Positions 27,401 to 39,881 of a DNA stretch of 64,000 nucleotides are shown here, piece by piece. The notes beneath the pieces were generated by a model, which was given only the letters and a program-made list of their open reading frames with translations, searched no databases and had not been told where the DNA came from. How positions within the stretch are numbered: the first letter of the stretch is position 1; each line of letters starts with the position of its first letter. Where the stretch lies: NCBI GenBank assembly GCA_040437565.1, contig JBDOQK010000005.1, positions 310,001-374,000 on the forward strand. The letters are read 5' to 3'. A program made the translations under genes and the position numbers. This DNA comes from Albugo candida (taxonomy: Eukaryota).

Positions 27401-30400
27401 ACAAGCTCTTCCACTTTGATCAAAAGTGGGCCAATGGATCGATACTTTTGCACCAGCTGTTCGATTCGCTTAACCCGATTGCGTTCAACAATTTCATAAA
27501 AATCACTCACTTCAGTAGTGACACCTTCTTCAAAATCTTCGATTCGAATCAGTAGCGTTTCTTTTATTGTGAGCACAATATCGTCGACCATCTTGCTAGT
27601 TTTGTGAATCTGGGACACCAAATTACCGAATTGATTTAGAGCACGATTGCAATTCTCAGTGAAGCTCGTAATTCGTTGGGAGTTCCAGTTCAAAGGCGAG
27701 AATCCGACTCGAAGTACCTCTCGTAGATCCTCTAGCTGAATTCGGAGAAGATGTTTTTCCACGGGTGTGAGTGCGAAGAGAAGAGAGTCATAATGCTTTA
27801 GCATAAGCGTCAATTCCTGAATATGCTGATGGTATTTCTCCTCCTGTAACGTCACATTAAGAGCACTTTCAGGAATATCAAAGCCGAGTCGATCCAAATA
27901 CTTTGATTCTCGGATTACAATGATCAAACCCGAAGCAAAATTTGGATAATACGGAGGGTCTGGAAGTCGGTACAAGGATCCACCTGTGTCAGATTTGCCA
28001 ACTTCTATCAATTTCGGTCCCAAAATGGATTGTCGAAGATACTCACTGATCGCTTGGGGGGTCTTATCCTTCCATTCTGCATGCAGAGCCTTTATGTACG
28101 CATCAATTGCTCGGGCAAATACCAAGTATCGTTCTTTTACCTCTTCTCCAAGTGGAGAACGTAAGAGATCATTCATCTCACGAAAACGTAAGATAGTTTT
28201 TTTTGCGCGCAGATACAAACTTCTCGCCCATGCGATCGCACCAGCCACGGGCGGATGATGCTTATATAATGGGGGATTATCCTTCCGCTGTTGAAATTGA
28301 CTTTCAAGAGTTTCCAATTCTTTAGTATATTGCATCAGGATGTCTTGGTATTTCTCCATCATTTGTCTGTTTATGCTCTCGCGTGACTGAATATTCTGAA
28401 AGTTTTGCAGTAGGTTGAACGCACCTTCAGCTGATCTCAGTTTTTGGAAAGACGAATCAATGAACTTTCGCGTCAGATTCTCAATTTCTTCGACCTGTTG
28501 TTGAAATTGAGCCATGACCGCCTCCCAATTTGCTCTGCGAGAGCGATCAAAAATTCGGAATGATACCGAATCAAAAGGAGAAATCAACTTATTGACCCGA
28601 CTTTGTATCTCTTCAATTCCTTTAGAATCTCCTGTAACAGATTTGAGCTCAGGCCCAAGAAACTCATTGAATTGGATCAATACTGTCACGACTCCTAACA
28701 AGTGATCGCATACTTTTGCCATGTAATTTGTTTGTTCAAAAAGACGTTTGCGATCGAATTCCCAACGATGATCGGTTCCGCTCGTTTCGATCCTTTCACG
28801 TACACTCATATATGTTGAGAACCACATCTCCAGAACCAATTTTGCTTGCTCGATCGTTTGTAAAGTTCTCACTGGGTTCTCAGAAAGAATTCTGTGTATG
28901 TCGACGGATACCGACACTTTTCGTGCAATCTCCAAAGCAATGCGTTCCATCAGCGGCACGACCCTTTCGTCAGTGTTGTAGTGTCGTGATATGATCCATA
29001 CCATTCTAATCGCGTTCATCATGGACGGAAGTGTGTCTGCAATGACAGAGAATGATCCCGTTGCGAGGTTTTTGAAATGCCGCTCCAGAGTTGTGAGAAA
29101 CTTGACATTATCTTTCGCTTCGATATGCAGTTTTGTAAGCTCGGAGAAATGATACTTGAACGTAAGCAACACATTAGCCTCAACGAGGTCGAGCACTTTA
29201 AGCATCTTTTGTACTCTTGGCACATTGGATTGCTCACATACCATACTAAGATTCGCGTATCGTTCACGCCAAAACTCAATTTCACCTAGTGGCCCATTCC
29301 GTTTTGGGGCTCTTCGACTCTCTTCTTCAACGATTTTGGCGATACTTTTGCACCATTCTTCCACGGATTGCTCCAAAATAATAATGAGAGCGTTATCATT
29401 CACATGAGATTCGGGAGTGGAGATTTCCACGTCTGGAATTACCAAGTAGCTTTCTCCTCGTAATTGTTGCATAGTAGTAGTAATTTGGGAGGAGAGTTTT
29501 ACAAGGCTACTTTTATATTCGTGTCGCATTGCATCCATAACGCGGAATGCGTTGAGACGATCTGTCGTGGTATTTCTTTCGGTCTCATCACCATATTTCA
29601 TCATTGACTTCGCATTATTTGAGTCTACTGGAGAATTCTGAGGTAGTGATGCTGGAGGTTCTTTGTCTTGCGCTGAGTTACTGTCTTCTGACTGCTCGGG
29701 TTCTAGTAAGGGTAAGAAGACGTGACATACAACTCCTTCCAAGCTGGAAAGTAGATCTCCATTGGAGCATGCAAGCTCGATATTTGAAAACTGAAATCTG
29801 TCCAGTTGACCTCTTCTTGTAGCGCTGGCTACTCCATCAGAGACCACATTGACACGAACTTTTTCGGAATTTATTTTGATCAAGAATATGACGGGTGAAT
29901 GTTCAATCTCCGGGGGGATGATGTTCAAAGATACCTGGCAACTTCGTCTTACTTCCTACAGTCTTGTGTGAGAGATTGCATTCAGTTGTATTTTACAAAG
30001 AAAGATGGTGATTGTACTTGGACAGATGGCGTAATACACGAAGGATTTTTATCGATTTCCTTGATCGTGATGTTTTCATCCGTGAGATATTGTCCATCAC
30101 CTGCTCCTTTGTCCTGGTTGTCCTCTGCGCTGACTACATTTGGAGTGTCTTCATCGGGGCTGGCGATTGCTTGAGTTGGCTGAGTTTCGTCATCTGTAGT
30201 AGCTCTATGAGCAAATAGGCATGGTAGAGTACTCTTTAGTGCTACGTACCAATTCTCTGAGACACCCTTTCCGTTGTGTAGAAAAATAAAACACTTCCGG
30301 CATCACTTTCACTGAAGAATGAGTCAATAAGCGAAACTGCTGGTTTCGTTGACTTGTTACACTAGGAAATCATGCAATTAAAAGTCATTCAAAAGAGCGT

Positions 30401-30550
30401 TGCGATAACTTGACTTGCATCGACGTTTTGCGGATAGTCTTCTGGAGGAACTGCGATAGAAGTGGACATCATTTCATCGAATGCTTTGATATTCACATCC
30501 AACGCGAGGGTCACGAGGCGACTAAGCCATCGGCTAGATACGCTATCCAT
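15423..30550 (-). CDS. DNAH10: Axonemal inner-arm dynein heavy chain, I1-alpha/DNAH10 type; about 4,745 aa
   Basis: DHC_N1/N2 tail (GPLGEIEFW); AAA1 GPAGTGKT and CFDEFNRI; AAA2 GPTGGGKS; AAA3 GDSGTAKT; stalk/MTBD; DNAH10-type C-terminus QARRNAMGVG.VFEADL...HESHWILQGVAL. Three short 5' exons (30550-30419, 30361-30250, 30193-29997) precede a giant exon from 29955. Bases 24047-24682 = 24783-25418 are a gap duplication. Confidence 0.93.
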
Positions 30551-30877
30551 GTTTGCTTAGAAAGCGGTCTTTTGTGACCTTTGAAGCTCCCTACTTTGAT
30601 GCTAATTAAAGCATGGTGCTAAGTAAATATCATCCAGAGTCTAGATGATAGGAGTCTTTGCATCATTCAAAACTTTACATTTGCCGCATAGAAGGCCGAA
30701 GTTCGCTATTTAAGCAGCATGACACATCCACATAGGGTTTAGCATACGCTAAGCTCATAATGATTCTTAATATAAAACGATAATAATGTAAATCATATTA
30801 GACTTAGACTGCTCAATGAAAATTCTGCGTCGACCTTGGATAGAGTTTTATCGGTCAATCCCATGCGGAGAAGTTTT

Positions 30878-31216
30878 TTATTCGTGCGCATACGTCGGGA
30901 CTACCAGTAGGTGCCATTGATGAAGCCAGCAGCACGCCCTATGGTAAAAATACGTATGTCAGACGAATTTGTACATGAAAGCTGCGAGACTTGCCAGAAA
31001 ATCCATAAGCACAATCCAGTGAGAAATGATAGGACGGTAAAAATTCTATATTCAGTCAATCAGCTCAATCAAAAGAATCAATCTTTGCGAGACGTACTGC
31101 GCATTTTCTCGATTCAATTTTCCTGTTATTCCCATGACTATTCCTGAAGCCATGGCTAATACGGTAAGCATCAGATAAACTACTGTTCCAGAAACAAAAG
31201 GCGGTGGAATCTCCAT
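30878..31216 (-). CDS. ATP6V0E: V-type proton ATPase subunit e (3 exons)
   Basis: Spliced product MEIPPPFVSGTVVYLMLTVLAMASGIVMGITGKLNRENAQ-IFTVLSFLTGLCLWIFW-ACCWLHQWHLLVVPTYAHE*, with two TM helices and the W..W.CCWLHQ signature. Confidence 0.85.
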
Positions 31217-32182
31217 GGCACTCGATGGTACACTGCACACTAAGTAACAGCTTGATGGCGTAATTTTCACTCGTAGTGGAAAGCTCAATTCCACCACATC
31301 GGCTACGGAAGGACAAGGTGACGAGATTTGATTGGATGTAAAACAAACAGCTTGTCATTTTGCCCAATTACATGATATGACGTAAATTGAAATCTTTCGA
31401 AATTGTAAACCTGAAAAATTCGATTTTGAAATAGCTTTTATAAGCTTTTACGGTTAGTATCGTTAGTTCATCACAACGGAATCTCATCATGGATGGTTTC
31501 TGTCGCTACCTATCCCATTCTGGATTCTCGTAATGGTCTGTAATTCAATGCTGCGGATGCTGCTACATGGGTCACATTCATGCATACAATAGTGTGTCGT
31601 CGATAGGTATGAATGACACGCATTTTATTTAGCTCAGTTAAGAGATGTTGGCTTTAATTAATGCTGGAATGTGATACTCTTATAGGCACTGAGAAAACAA
31701 GGGGCACATTTCATCAATCACCAAATTGGAAAAGTTGTGAGGAATGCTAAAGCTGCATGGATCTGACGTGACCACTTTCGTCAAAAGCGGTGAATCGTAG
31801 CCGAAGCGCACATTTTGGTCAGTGAGCAAGACCTTCCTTTACCTGGCAAATGAGGCTCCCTAATCAGATTCGCATGGTCCAAAACTATACGACATCATTT
31901 TGATACGCTGGACTTGCCTGACGAAATTGCGGTACTAGGAAAGCTTTTATCTGAATAATCGTACCGACATAGATACAGCAAGTTCCATAACTCAGATGGC
32001 AGAAAAAGCATTCGCCATGAACTAATGCTCATTAGCCAAGCTCTCGCTGTACTCTGCTGCTTATTCAAGTGCATTACGCCACCTTGCGCACGATTGCAAA
32101 CTCGTTTGACCGCGCCAGCGCTACCTTCAGGTCCTATTAGGACGATCGACCTAACCGATCTGATACAAGAAGTGTTCTTACC

Positions 32183-33346
32183 TCTTCGTCACTTTCCACT
32201 TGTACCGCTGATCCCTGTCAATTCAGTTTACCTTCATGCACAAGTCGTGCAGTTGTACATTATTGCAATCATCTTACAAATGAAAAGCTAATGCTGCAAG
32301 TACGATAATCCGGCCATGAAGACACACGAGCGTCGTTTTGTCTTTCATCAGAAGTGCATTCCAGAACCGTTCGGCGCTATTTGCATATTGTAAGTTTGAA
32401 TTCGGTCGATCTATAATTGAATCTCATACAAGATTCCCCTACCTGGACACCCGTTGTCCGTAAACGAATCAGACGGTGCGTAAGCGTGAGGAATGTTGCA
32501 GTGCATCCAGCTCTGATGTATGTTTAATAACAAATATGCATTGGCCACAAAACAACACAAGATAAAGCATTCAGCCTCAAGTCCAAGTACTGATAGTCAT
32601 CCCATCACGCGTTCGTTAAAAAATCCGTCTTTGATGGCAGATAATCATTTCAAGAGCGACCGAAGGTTTCATGCTGGAACTGTAATCACCACACGCTAAA
32701 CACTGACATAATTTNNNNNNNNNNNNNNNNNNNNNNNNNNNNNNNNNNNNNNNNNNNNNNNNNNNNNNNNNNNNNNNNNNNNNNNNNNNNNNNNNNNNNN
32801 NNNNNNNNNNNNNNTCTTCGTCACTTTCCACTTGTACCGCTGATCCCTGTCAATTCAGTTTACCTTCATGCACAAGTCGTGCAGTTGTACATTATTGCAA
32901 TCATCTTACAAATGAAAAGCTAATGCTGCAAGTACGATAATCCGGCCATGAAGACACACGAGCGTCGTTTTGTCTTTCATCAGAAGTGCATTCCAGAACC
33001 GTTCGGCGCTATTTGCATATTGTAAGTTTGAATTCGGTCGATCTATAATTGAATCTCATACAAGATTCCCCTACCTGGACACCCGTTGTCCGTAAACGAA
33101 TCAGACGGTGCGTAAGCGTGAGGAATGTTGCAGTGCATCCAGCTCTGATGTATGTTTAATAACAAATATGCATTGGCCACAAAACAACACAAGATAAAGC
33201 ATTCAGCCTCAAGTCCAAGTACTGATAGTCATCCCATCACGCGTTCGTTAAAAAATCCGTCTTTGATGGCAGATAATCATTTCAAGAGCGACCGAAGGTT
33301 TCATGCTGGAACTGTAATCACCACACGCTAAACACTGACATAATTT
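32183..33346. repeat. Gap-flank direct duplication, 32183-32714 = 32815-33346
   Basis: Matching 532-bp copies around a 100-N gap. Confidence 0.95.
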
Positions 33347-33799
33347 ACCTGTCCTTGACGATTCCGACATTCCAGCATTCTGATAAATTCCCCATTCTTA
33401 TCGCGAACGTGGATACCAACCCGCAGGAAGTATACTTCTGGTTGGCCGCACTTTATGTATAAAGTAAAAGGGGATTACAAATACGGGGCTTGAGATTGCA
33501 TGGATACTCGTCATGTCGCAGTTGTTATCTGCATTCACAACATCCATAGCATTTAGCTTTTCACGGTCGTCGGTGGGTCCTGGAATCAAAACAGACTTCA
33601 TTCACGCAATCGCTTGCTATGCTTTACAATTGCTAATTTCATTCGACTCTCAAGTATCTGCTGCCCGATAATCTTCACACACAATATTAAAGTTCCTACA
33701 CCGACGAGCTGTCTACCATCTGACAAATTGTCTGATGCATGGAGCTGAAGGTATACAATAAGTGCCTAGGCTAGTTTGTAGGGTACTAATACACGTAAA

Positions 33800-35101
33800 G
33801 TTCCAGGATGATGCATCGAACAATCCTTACTTTGCGACTCAGGCTGAAACTTTCGGCAGGTAAATACGTATTTCTTGATCGTAATACAACCTTTTTCTGA
33901 CTCCTTTCACCGGTAGTCCTTTCAATCCAACTCGATCAACGTACAAAGTCATAAAAAGATGCCAATCTGATTCGACTGTCGAGATAGAAATGGTAGCATC
34001 AGAAAAGCTGAACGGAACCGTAAATCTACAAAAGTCAATAGTACACGTTTGCAAAGATTACTTGATGTAGTCATCGAACCATTCTCTGATCGCTCCTACA
34101 ATTACCAATGTATCAACACCTGATGACTACATATTATTATTGCTCTGAGATGTTTGAAACGATTCTTGAGAGTTCATAACGCGGAGTAGCTGTTGAGAAT
34201 ACTTCTTCTCTTCGTTTGTACTCAAGTCGGAAATAGGCTTGCCCTTATACCCGGTTGAGCCCAACTGATTAGACATACTGTCGAATGAGCAAATAAGCGG
34301 TGCAGCAACTTCTATTCACCAATAACCGATGGATGAGCTGCTCGTCATCGAGACAGCTCTCTACGAACGCTTTCATCGTAAGGCTTGTTGTACTACCTCA
34401 GGATTTTTCTAAAATATACGAATGCCGCATGGGAAAGTGCGCGAGAGTGGTCTTCTACCATTGCAATATCGTACTCAGCCATTTTGCGTGATAGGTCTTG
34501 CAAAGGAAGCCCGTTTGTGGACGAACGGTATACTTTAGACCACTGCATCCAAGACTTTGCGCCATTAACGAGCGTAAAATAGCGATAGGAGCACAATAGT
34601 GTGCAATAAACAACAACGCTGAACTAAAATTTAAGCAATATAAAGTGATCGCTTGTGTGAAGCACGGAGGCAGTACACATATCTCGAATGAAGCAAGAGA
34701 TTCGGTTGCTGGAGTCAAATTGTGCTTTAGCTCCGGCATCGACGATCACCAGGACGAGCTTTCTCTAAACTATTTACATCACACCAATGCCGCCATTCCA
34801 TTTTGTATCACACAATTAACATCCTGATGGCACGGTACCCATCCCGTTAGGTCACCTGAGCTCACGCGTATATTTCCATCAAGCAGGCGAGCCGCTCCAT
34901 TGAAACAGGTACCGAGAGAATCTTGAATGATACATTTTTGCATTTTCATTCATAAGATTCGAACAACCTTGAATTGCAGCGGTTGTAGTAGATGAGACTT
35001 GTTAGAACTGAACGAGATAATACATCCTTCCTAAGACTAAATTTTGCAGCGAATTCTCTACTGGTCAGAAGTATAAGTGCTACCATACAATGCAAGGTCA
35101 T
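33800..35101 (-). pseudogene. Possible decayed secreted-protein (CCG-like effector) gene
   Basis: Signal-peptide-like MTLHCMVALILLTSREFAAK from ATG 35101. At 34942-34911, tgc aaa aa tgt atc att caa gat tct ctc ggt reads CK-CIIQDSLG with a 1-nt loss. Long coding-like stretches downstream are broken by stops and frameshifts. Confidence 0.3.
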
Positions 35102-35229
35102 TTGATTGCATGCATGCAAGAGGAAGCCCCTGCATGACAACGGGACGCTCAAGAGCTACTTGCTAACTTTGCCCTCGTTTAAACAGCATTATGCACTTTT
35201 GAAATTTTTTCATTAGATTGCAGCAGCTT

Positions 35230-35620
35230 CCCTGGCTGGAGCTGGAGTTGCTAAAGTGATATTCTATATTCAAGTCATGATCTCTCCCACCTGTCCATTG
35301 CGAATGGTCGATGTTCTTTCTCGATTGCTGCATATCCTTGGCGGTAAAAAATGCGCAGCCTCTTTTGATGCCAGCAGAAATGGTGGTATCCTTGCTTTGC
35401 GTATGAAAAATTGTATTCTTCTGCAGTTTCCCCCGCTGGCAGCTGCTTCAATTCTTCCAGCTCCGTTCTGATTCATGCTAGAATCGAACAATACTTGTTA
35501 TTCATCTCTCATGGATCATCTATCATGCCTCGAAACCATGTTTTGCAATTGCTCCGTTGTCGCTATCACCCTGACTAAATGCATGCTCAAGTCACCATCC
35601 TGTATTTTCAAGGTAATTTC
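35230..35620 (-). mobile_element. Possible Ty3/gypsy gag remnant
   Basis: Frameshift-joined fragments A.TWFRG...IRTELEELKQLPAGETAEEYNF...HHFC.GIK resemble retrotransposon gag motifs. No LTR or pol is visible. Confidence 0.3.
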
Positions 35621-38219
35621 AATGGCATACAGCTAGATCTGAAGGGAGTGGTGAATGCAAATTTGGTGAATCTGGTCAGATTATGTTGCTTGGATAGTTG
35701 AGATACGAGAACGGATCATCCGAAGAAAATCGGTCAGCTTTTACCGCCCATTTTTATTCGCGTTTGGACTGGCCGGTCCACTTGTTTGGTAGCAACCATT
35801 TGGTGGTTTCGATTGTTTTCCAATCGTTGGTTGCTGTCATGTTTCCCTAGCACTAGGGACCACGCTGAACAAATGTGGTCACTCCGAAGGGGCTCAAAGC
35901 AATTATCCTTTGTAGGGTGGAGTTGGGTCCCGTACGCAATTTGATCACGTGCGTTCTCAACTTTGACCAAAGCAGACTTCACAGACGAACACCACGAACA
36001 CCTCGCTCAGATGGCTTATATGAAGGCATGAAATACAGCTGACACCCCACAATGTGCAAGGAACGAAAGATGATGATCTGTTCTTCCATCACTCTCACGC
36101 CGAATGCATCAAGATACTATTTGTTTCCGAATAGATCGTGGTATAGCTGGTAGAATCAAACCTTATTTACAACCGTCAGTCCAGCTCTCAGAAAATTTTG
36201 ACATCTTGGCAAATGTATGACCTACCAGTACTGTGTTTCCCGTTGGCTCAAACACGCCTTGGCACTTACATCTTTGACTTTACCCGACCAGTGTATATTT
36301 CATCTTTAGCATCGAGATGCCTGATAACCTCAAAAGGAATGCATGCAGTGTTGCGCTCTTACCCAAATCTAATGCGCAAGAACTCTTGCGATTTGATTAG
36401 TCTGGCCACAATCGGCGTATTCTTTTCTTCACGCTTCACTCCGTTTTTCACGTGCGTGTGACGAATGACAAAAGCGGTCGAGCATCGTCACTTCCAATCA
36501 CCCGGGACCGTTCAATAAAGAAAGGTGACTTATGCACAATCCCGCAATTATGTAATCATCCAATGTCGGATGATCCATTGGGTTTGTCACATTGTCGCAA
36601 TAAATGCTCGGATAGGGTTTGTTCGGCTGCTCTGGCTGGTTATGTAAAGGTCATGAAATTAGAATCACCAGTTTGCAACGCACGTAGAAGCCGAGGCCTT
36701 CTTCACGATCTCTATGTCATTCTCGGACGAGACTTGTTCGGAGTAGGTTTAGTAAAGTGATCGCGTATTGAGTAGATACGTTGCACGTAAAGTAAAAAGG
36801 AAATAATGCGAAGTTGCTACTTAATTGCATGTACGGCGCGTGTCAATTTGCATGGACAAGACGGACGAGCTTCGCGTGTATGGTATGCTTCTTCTGATGC
36901 ATCCAAGAATCAATTAGTATGGCAACTTTCTCAAGCCTAGACTGAATCGTCTTCGATGCAACGAATGGGATGGATGATGTGATTATGTACGCTGATGGTA
37001 ACTATGTATCCGATAAAAGCACCGAATTCTGCGTTGTATCTCGTTTGCGATCGAGGTCTCAGTGTACAGAGTAACTTTGAACGGTTTTGTAGTAGATTTC
37101 TCACACATGAAAGCGCATGCTTTCTTCTGCTAGCCTAAATATGACACTATGGGCGAAAAGTCATCCAAAACTCAGTCAAACTTAAACCAACTCATCTTTC
37201 GACAAGTCAATAACGGGTCTTTCAACAATCATAAATCGTTGGACACCATCGTCGAAATATGCTTGAGATGCATTATCAGCAATCCTCTTTCCTACTTTGA
37301 TCCCCAATGGTACAGGGAGATCTGCTGAGGCCTCAATCTGTACACGGGCATGGACATTGTCTAAACCACAACATTTGATTATCCCCTCGACGTTGTCACA
37401 AATAAAAAGAATGCTTGTTTGGAGCCTATAAAACTTGTTTATTCTGGTCAGATAACGGCTTTGTACATATCTTGCGTGATGAAGTCATGAAAAATGGCGT
37501 GTGTATCGAAGCGAACTCAGTAATAGTTTTCACAACAGTCTGAATCCACTCCTAATTGCAATGTATCGTAAAGAAATGAAAGAATACGAATGCCACTAGG
37601 GATTTGAATACAGACAGAAATAAAACAAGCTCAGATTTGTATTAGTGCTCGTACTCATCTTTTTGTAAAGCAAGAATGAGATATTCGGCACAAATATGAC
37701 ATGTTTGCGTAATCTCCAACGAGGGGCATCGCTCATCCATGCGTGATATATAAACAGCAATGTAGGAACTATCTCTAATTGAACTAGGGTTCCTACACTT
37801 CTCATGATGAGAATACGCTAAGAGAAGCTCTACACTCTATGATTTTTTTCAGATTTCGTCTCAAATATGCTCGCTGATGACAAACATATTGTGATACGCG
37901 ATCAAAGCAATTGGTGCGCTTTGTTGACAGGACTGCTTCGATTAAAGCCATCATGCAATAATGAGATTTCTTAGCAAGGAAAATAATGCTACCACTAAAG
38001 GTAGGTCTCTAGGGCGAGAGATTGGAGTACAGATGTCAACTTTGTGTACTAGCACATACACTAAGCCGGACGTTGTCTTGGGCAAGTTGGGCCGCTTCTC
38101 TATGGGATCACGTTGTTGCTATAAAGTCATACGCGGATGCGAGCAAACGCAATCTAACATTAATTCTAACAGTGTATCAGCAATCGGGATCTTTTCAGAT
38201 CCCCCCATAGCGTAAAATC

Positions 38220-39770
38220 ATGACGACAGCATCGTTCCTACAAAAAGGATTCACTGTTGAGAGTCCGAATGTGCAATATACGGAACAAGAGATCATTTCT
38301 CAATATGCGTATAATGTAAGCCGAGTGGAGGGAACAAAAGTGATTCCTACAAGTGAAAAGTTCACATTTAAGACGCAACGAAAGGTTCCAAAAGTCGGAG
38401 CCATGATTGTTGGCCTTGGTGGTAATAACGGCTCCACTTTGGTTGCGAGTATACTTGCCAACAAGCTTGGTATTCAGTGGAATACCAAGGATGGCGTGCA
38501 AAATCCGAATTATTTTGGCTCTGTTACGCAAGCCTCAACGGTTCGACTTGGAACTAATTCCTCTGGGGAAGGAGTCTTCATTCCTTTTTCGAACATACTT
38601 CCGATGGTTCATCCCAATGATCTGGTGATCGGTGGATGGGATATCTCGTGTTTGAATCTAGCGGAAGCTATGAAACGGGCTCAGGTTCTCGAGTATGACC
38701 TACAGCGACAGCTGATACCTCATATGGAGAAAATCAAGCCTCTTCCATCGATTTACTATCCTGACTTTATTGCGGCGAATCAATCGGATCGAGCAAATAA
38801 CGTACTTACTGGAAGTAAGCAGGAGAATTTGGAAGCGATAAGAAATCATATTCGTAAGTTCAAGAAAGAGCATGAGCTTGACAAAGTCATCGTGCTTTGG
38901 TCCGCAAATACAGAGCGTTACTCTGATATCATTGAAGGTGTCAATGACACTGGGAAGAATCTTCTGGAATCGATAAAAGCAAGTGAAGACGAGGTCTCTC
39001 CGTCCACGGTTTTTGCTGTTGCATCCATACTTGAAGGTTGCTCCTACATTAATGGAAGCCCTCAAAATACTTTCGTTCCTGGGGTGTTGGATCTCGCTGA
39101 ACAAAAGAGTGTATTTGTCGGAGGTGATGATTTCAAATCTGGTCAGACAAAAATGAAATCAGTGCTTGTGGATTTCTTGGTTTCGGCTGGCATAAAGCCT
39201 GTCTCAATTGTCAGCTACAATCATTTGGGAAATAACGACGGGAAGAATCTGTCCGCACCGCAGCAATTCCGCTCAAAGGAAATATCAAAGTCCAATGTTG
39301 TTGATGACATGGTGGCATCGAATCCGCTTTTATACAAAGATGGTGAGCATCCCGACCACGTCGTCGTAATCAAATACGTGCCATTTGTGCGTGACAGCAA
39401 GCGTGCAATGGATGAGTATACGTCCAAAATTTTCATGAATGGAACTAATACCATTGCCATGCACAACACCTGTGAGGATTCATTACTGGCAACACCTCTA
39501 ATTTTAGATCTGGTGATTATTTGCGAGCTTGCTGAACGAATTTCAATTCAGAAAGAAAATAGAGCCGCTGAGAAACTGCATTCGGTGCTCTCACTTTTGA
39601 GCTACATGCTAAAAGCCCCACTTGTACCTCGTGGTACTCCTGTTATGAATGCTCTCTTCGCGCAACGAGAATGCATGATCAACATATTTCGCGCATGTGT
39701 CGGACTCCCTCCAGAGAATCACATGCTTCTTGAGAACAAGCTGGCGAGTGAAATTGAAAGCCACCATTGA
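38220..39770 (+). CDS. INO1: Inositol-3-phosphate synthase (L-myo-inositol-1-phosphate synthase)
   Basis: Signatures [49 protein letters not shown] and [10 protein letters not shown]; intronless, 516 aa. Confidence 0.98.
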   Translation: MTTASFLQKGFTVESPNVQYTEQEIISQYAYNVSRVEGTKVIPTSEKFTFKTQRKVPKVGAMIVGLGGNNGSTLVASILANKLGIQWNTKDGVQNPNYFGSVTQASTVRLGTNSSGEGVFIPFSNILPMVHPNDLVIGGWDISCLNLAEAMKRAQVLEYDLQRQLIPHMEKIKPLPSIYYPDFIAANQSDRANNVLTGSKQENLEAIRNHIRKFKKEHELDKVIVLWSANTERYSDIIEGVNDTGKNLLESIKASEDEVSPSTVFAVASILEGCSYINGSPQNTFVPGVLDLAEQKSVFVGGDDFKSGQTKMKSVLVDFLVSAGIKPVSIVSYNHLGNNDGKNLSAPQQFRSKEISKSNVVDDMVASNPLLYKDGEHPDHVVVIKYVPFVRDSKRAMDEYTSKIFMNGTNTIAMHNTCEDSLLATPLILDLVIICELAERISIQKENRAAEKLHSVLSLLSYMLKAPLVPRGTPVMNALFAQRECMINIFRACVGLPPENHMLLENKLASEIESHH

Positions 39771-39881
39771 CTTTCTCTCAGAACAGAAGCTTCTGAAAGT
39801 TCAGAAAAATGAAGAATTAGGGAAAATGGAGATTGATCATTGAGGATTGTCCTAGCTGTAATAGCACGTAATTTGCCCTAC

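Noticed and set aside
24619-29928. Separate dynein tail-only gene
   Set aside because: It is the N-terminal part of the single DNAH10 gene, split by a gap duplication.
31490-31790. Hydrophobic start plus CEEC-LKLHG as another CCG-like remnant
   Set aside because: It needs multiple frameshifts and the spacing is off, so it is not distinguishable from chance.
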